Below the pieces are notes generated by a model, which saw only the letters and a list, made by a program, of their open reading frames with translations, did no database searches and was not told where the DNA came from. This document shows, one piece after another, positions 63,040 through 64,000 of a stretch of DNA of 64,000 nt. Made by a program: the position numbers and the translations under genes. The stretch is taken from assembly GCA_046484625.1 (NCBI GenBank), contig JAWOIO010000109.1, positions 1,842 to 65,841 on the forward strand, given 5' to 3'. The stretch's first letter is position 1, and every line of letters starts with the position of its first letter. This DNA comes from Acidimicrobiia bacterium (GTDB taxonomy: Bacteria > Actinomycetota > Acidimicrobiia > IMCC26256 > PALSA-555).

Positions 63040-64000
63040 GTGTCGCAGGCCCACTTCGCCCGCCGTGAGCGGCTCGAGCTCGACGCGTGCGGGATCGGCT
63101 TCGTCGCGCACGAGGCGGGAGACAGCTCCCGGACGATCGTGGACCTCGCGCTCACCGGGCTCGCCTGCGTGCGGCACCGAGGGGCGATCGCGGCCGACGG
63201 AGTGTCCGGCGACGGTGCCGGGCTGCTCGTCCCGCTCCCACGCGCGTTCTTCGCCCGGGTGGGCGGGGAAGCACTGGGTCGCGACCTCGACGCCGACCGC
63301 CTCGGGGTGCTGTTCGCCTTCCTCGACCTCGACGATGCCGTTGCGCGCCAGGCCGCCCAGGACGCGGTCGCCCACGCGTGTGACGAGGAAGGCCTCGAGC
63401 TGGTCGGCTGGCGCGACGTCCCCATCGACGAATCCCAGATCGGCGCCGCGGCCCGGGCCGATCTCCCCGCGATGGTGCAGGCGCTGGTGCACCGCCCTGA
63501 CGGGATCTCGCTCGACGAGGCCGAGCGGGCGGCGTTCCGGGTCAGGCGGCGAGCCGACGCGCTGTGCCGACTCGCGGGCGTACGCCACTACTTCGCGAGC
63601 TGCTCGTTCAGCCTCGTGACGTACAAGGCGCTGGTGATCAGCGACCGGCTCGCACCGTTCTTCCCCGACCTCGTCGCCGACGACTTCGTGGCTCCCCACG
63701 CGGTGTTCCACAGCCGGTTCTCCACGAACACCGCACCGGCGTGGGAGCGGGCGCAGCCGTTCCGCCATCTCTGCCACAACGGTGAGATCAACACGATCCA
63801 GGGCAACGAGCACCGCATGGTCGCCCGTGGCGTCCTCGGGACCGAGGACGTCGGGCTCGGTCCCGACGCCCTGTTTCGTCCCGTCCTCGACCCATACGAC
63901 TCCGACTCGGGCAAGCTCGACTCCGCGTTCGAGCTGCTGATGCGGGGTGGTCGCGACGTCCGCCACGTCGCCACGATGATGATCCCGGAGGCCTGGGAGG
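63040..64000 (+). CDS. gltB: Glutamate synthase large subunit (3' end lies outside the window)
   Basis: This frame stays open to the window edge and so is not in the ORF track. GTG at 63040 follows the RBS ggag. Translation by hand gives ..LELDACGIGFVA...HRGA..AD..SGDGAGLL.. and ..FSTNTAPAWERAQPFRHLCHNGEINTIQGN. Confidence 0.85.
   Translation, partial: MSQAHFARRERLELDACGIGFVAHEAGDSSRTIVDLALTGLACVRHRGAIAADGVSGDGAGLLVPLPRAFFARVGGEALGRDLDADRLGVLFAFLDLDDAVARQAAQDAVAHACDEEGLELVGWRDVPIDESQIGAAARADLPAMVQALVHRPDGISLDEAERAAFRVRRRADALCRLAGVRHYFASCSFSLVTYKALVISDRLAPFFPDLVADDFVAPHAVFHSRFSTNTAPAWERAQPFRHLCHNGEINTIQGNEHRMVARGVLGTEDVGLGPDALFRPVLDPYDSDSGKLDSAFELLMRGGRDVRHVATMMIPEAWE

Overview
High-GC (roughly 70%) chromosomal segment that looks actinobacterial: it carries a mycothiol amidase, F420/LLM oxidoreductases, an ImuA'-ImuB/DnaE2 mutasome and a DevR/DosR-like regulator. 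It is gene-dense, with about 65 CDS. I recognised no rRNA, tRNA, CRISPR array, IS element or prophage. All product calls come from reading motifs in the supplied translations by eye; no searches were run. Order of landmarks: rnhB (5' partial); a LexA-type SOS box followed by imuA'-imuB, then a DUF4097 beta-helix protein and a minimal class III adenylate cyclase; methyltransferase, secreted hydrolase and an ABC-F ATPase with a repeat-rich leader; bcp; a second SOS box plus dnaE2; a divalent-cation island (tandem MgtE-like transporter, 2x PhoU/TrkA-C protein, P-type ATPase, VIT1, CorA); a DosRS-like two-component system with CBS-pair and unknown proteins; acyl-CoA dehydrogenase; a second adenylate cyclase overlapping mca; many oxidoreductase and CoA-transferase genes; etfBA; carotenoid oxygenase and nitrobindin; a DUF222/HNH gene; a Ca/Na antiporter; an APH-like kinase-xthA-permease operon; DUF2207; an XRE-nucleotidyltransferase pair; mcr-like racemase; purK; gltB (3' partial). 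The most interesting observations are: (1) the SOS-box-fronted imuA'-imuB unit appears to continue into a DUF4097 protein and a stand-alone adenylate cyclase; (2) an SLC41-like fused MgtE sits with a matching twofold PhoU/TrkA-C partner and a P-type ATPase; (3) the DosR-like response regulator has a (KTPKP)n N-terminal extension; (4) a block of direct and inverted 30-bp repeats lies in the ABC-F leader; (5) an HTH-nucleotidyltransferase toxin-antitoxin-like pair has an operator palindrome; (6) a truncated SDR stub and a structured element lie upstream of etfBA; (7) in-frame 15-bp tandem repeats recur across the window. No single obvious novel defence-type system was found, so these are hypotheses and not demonstrations.
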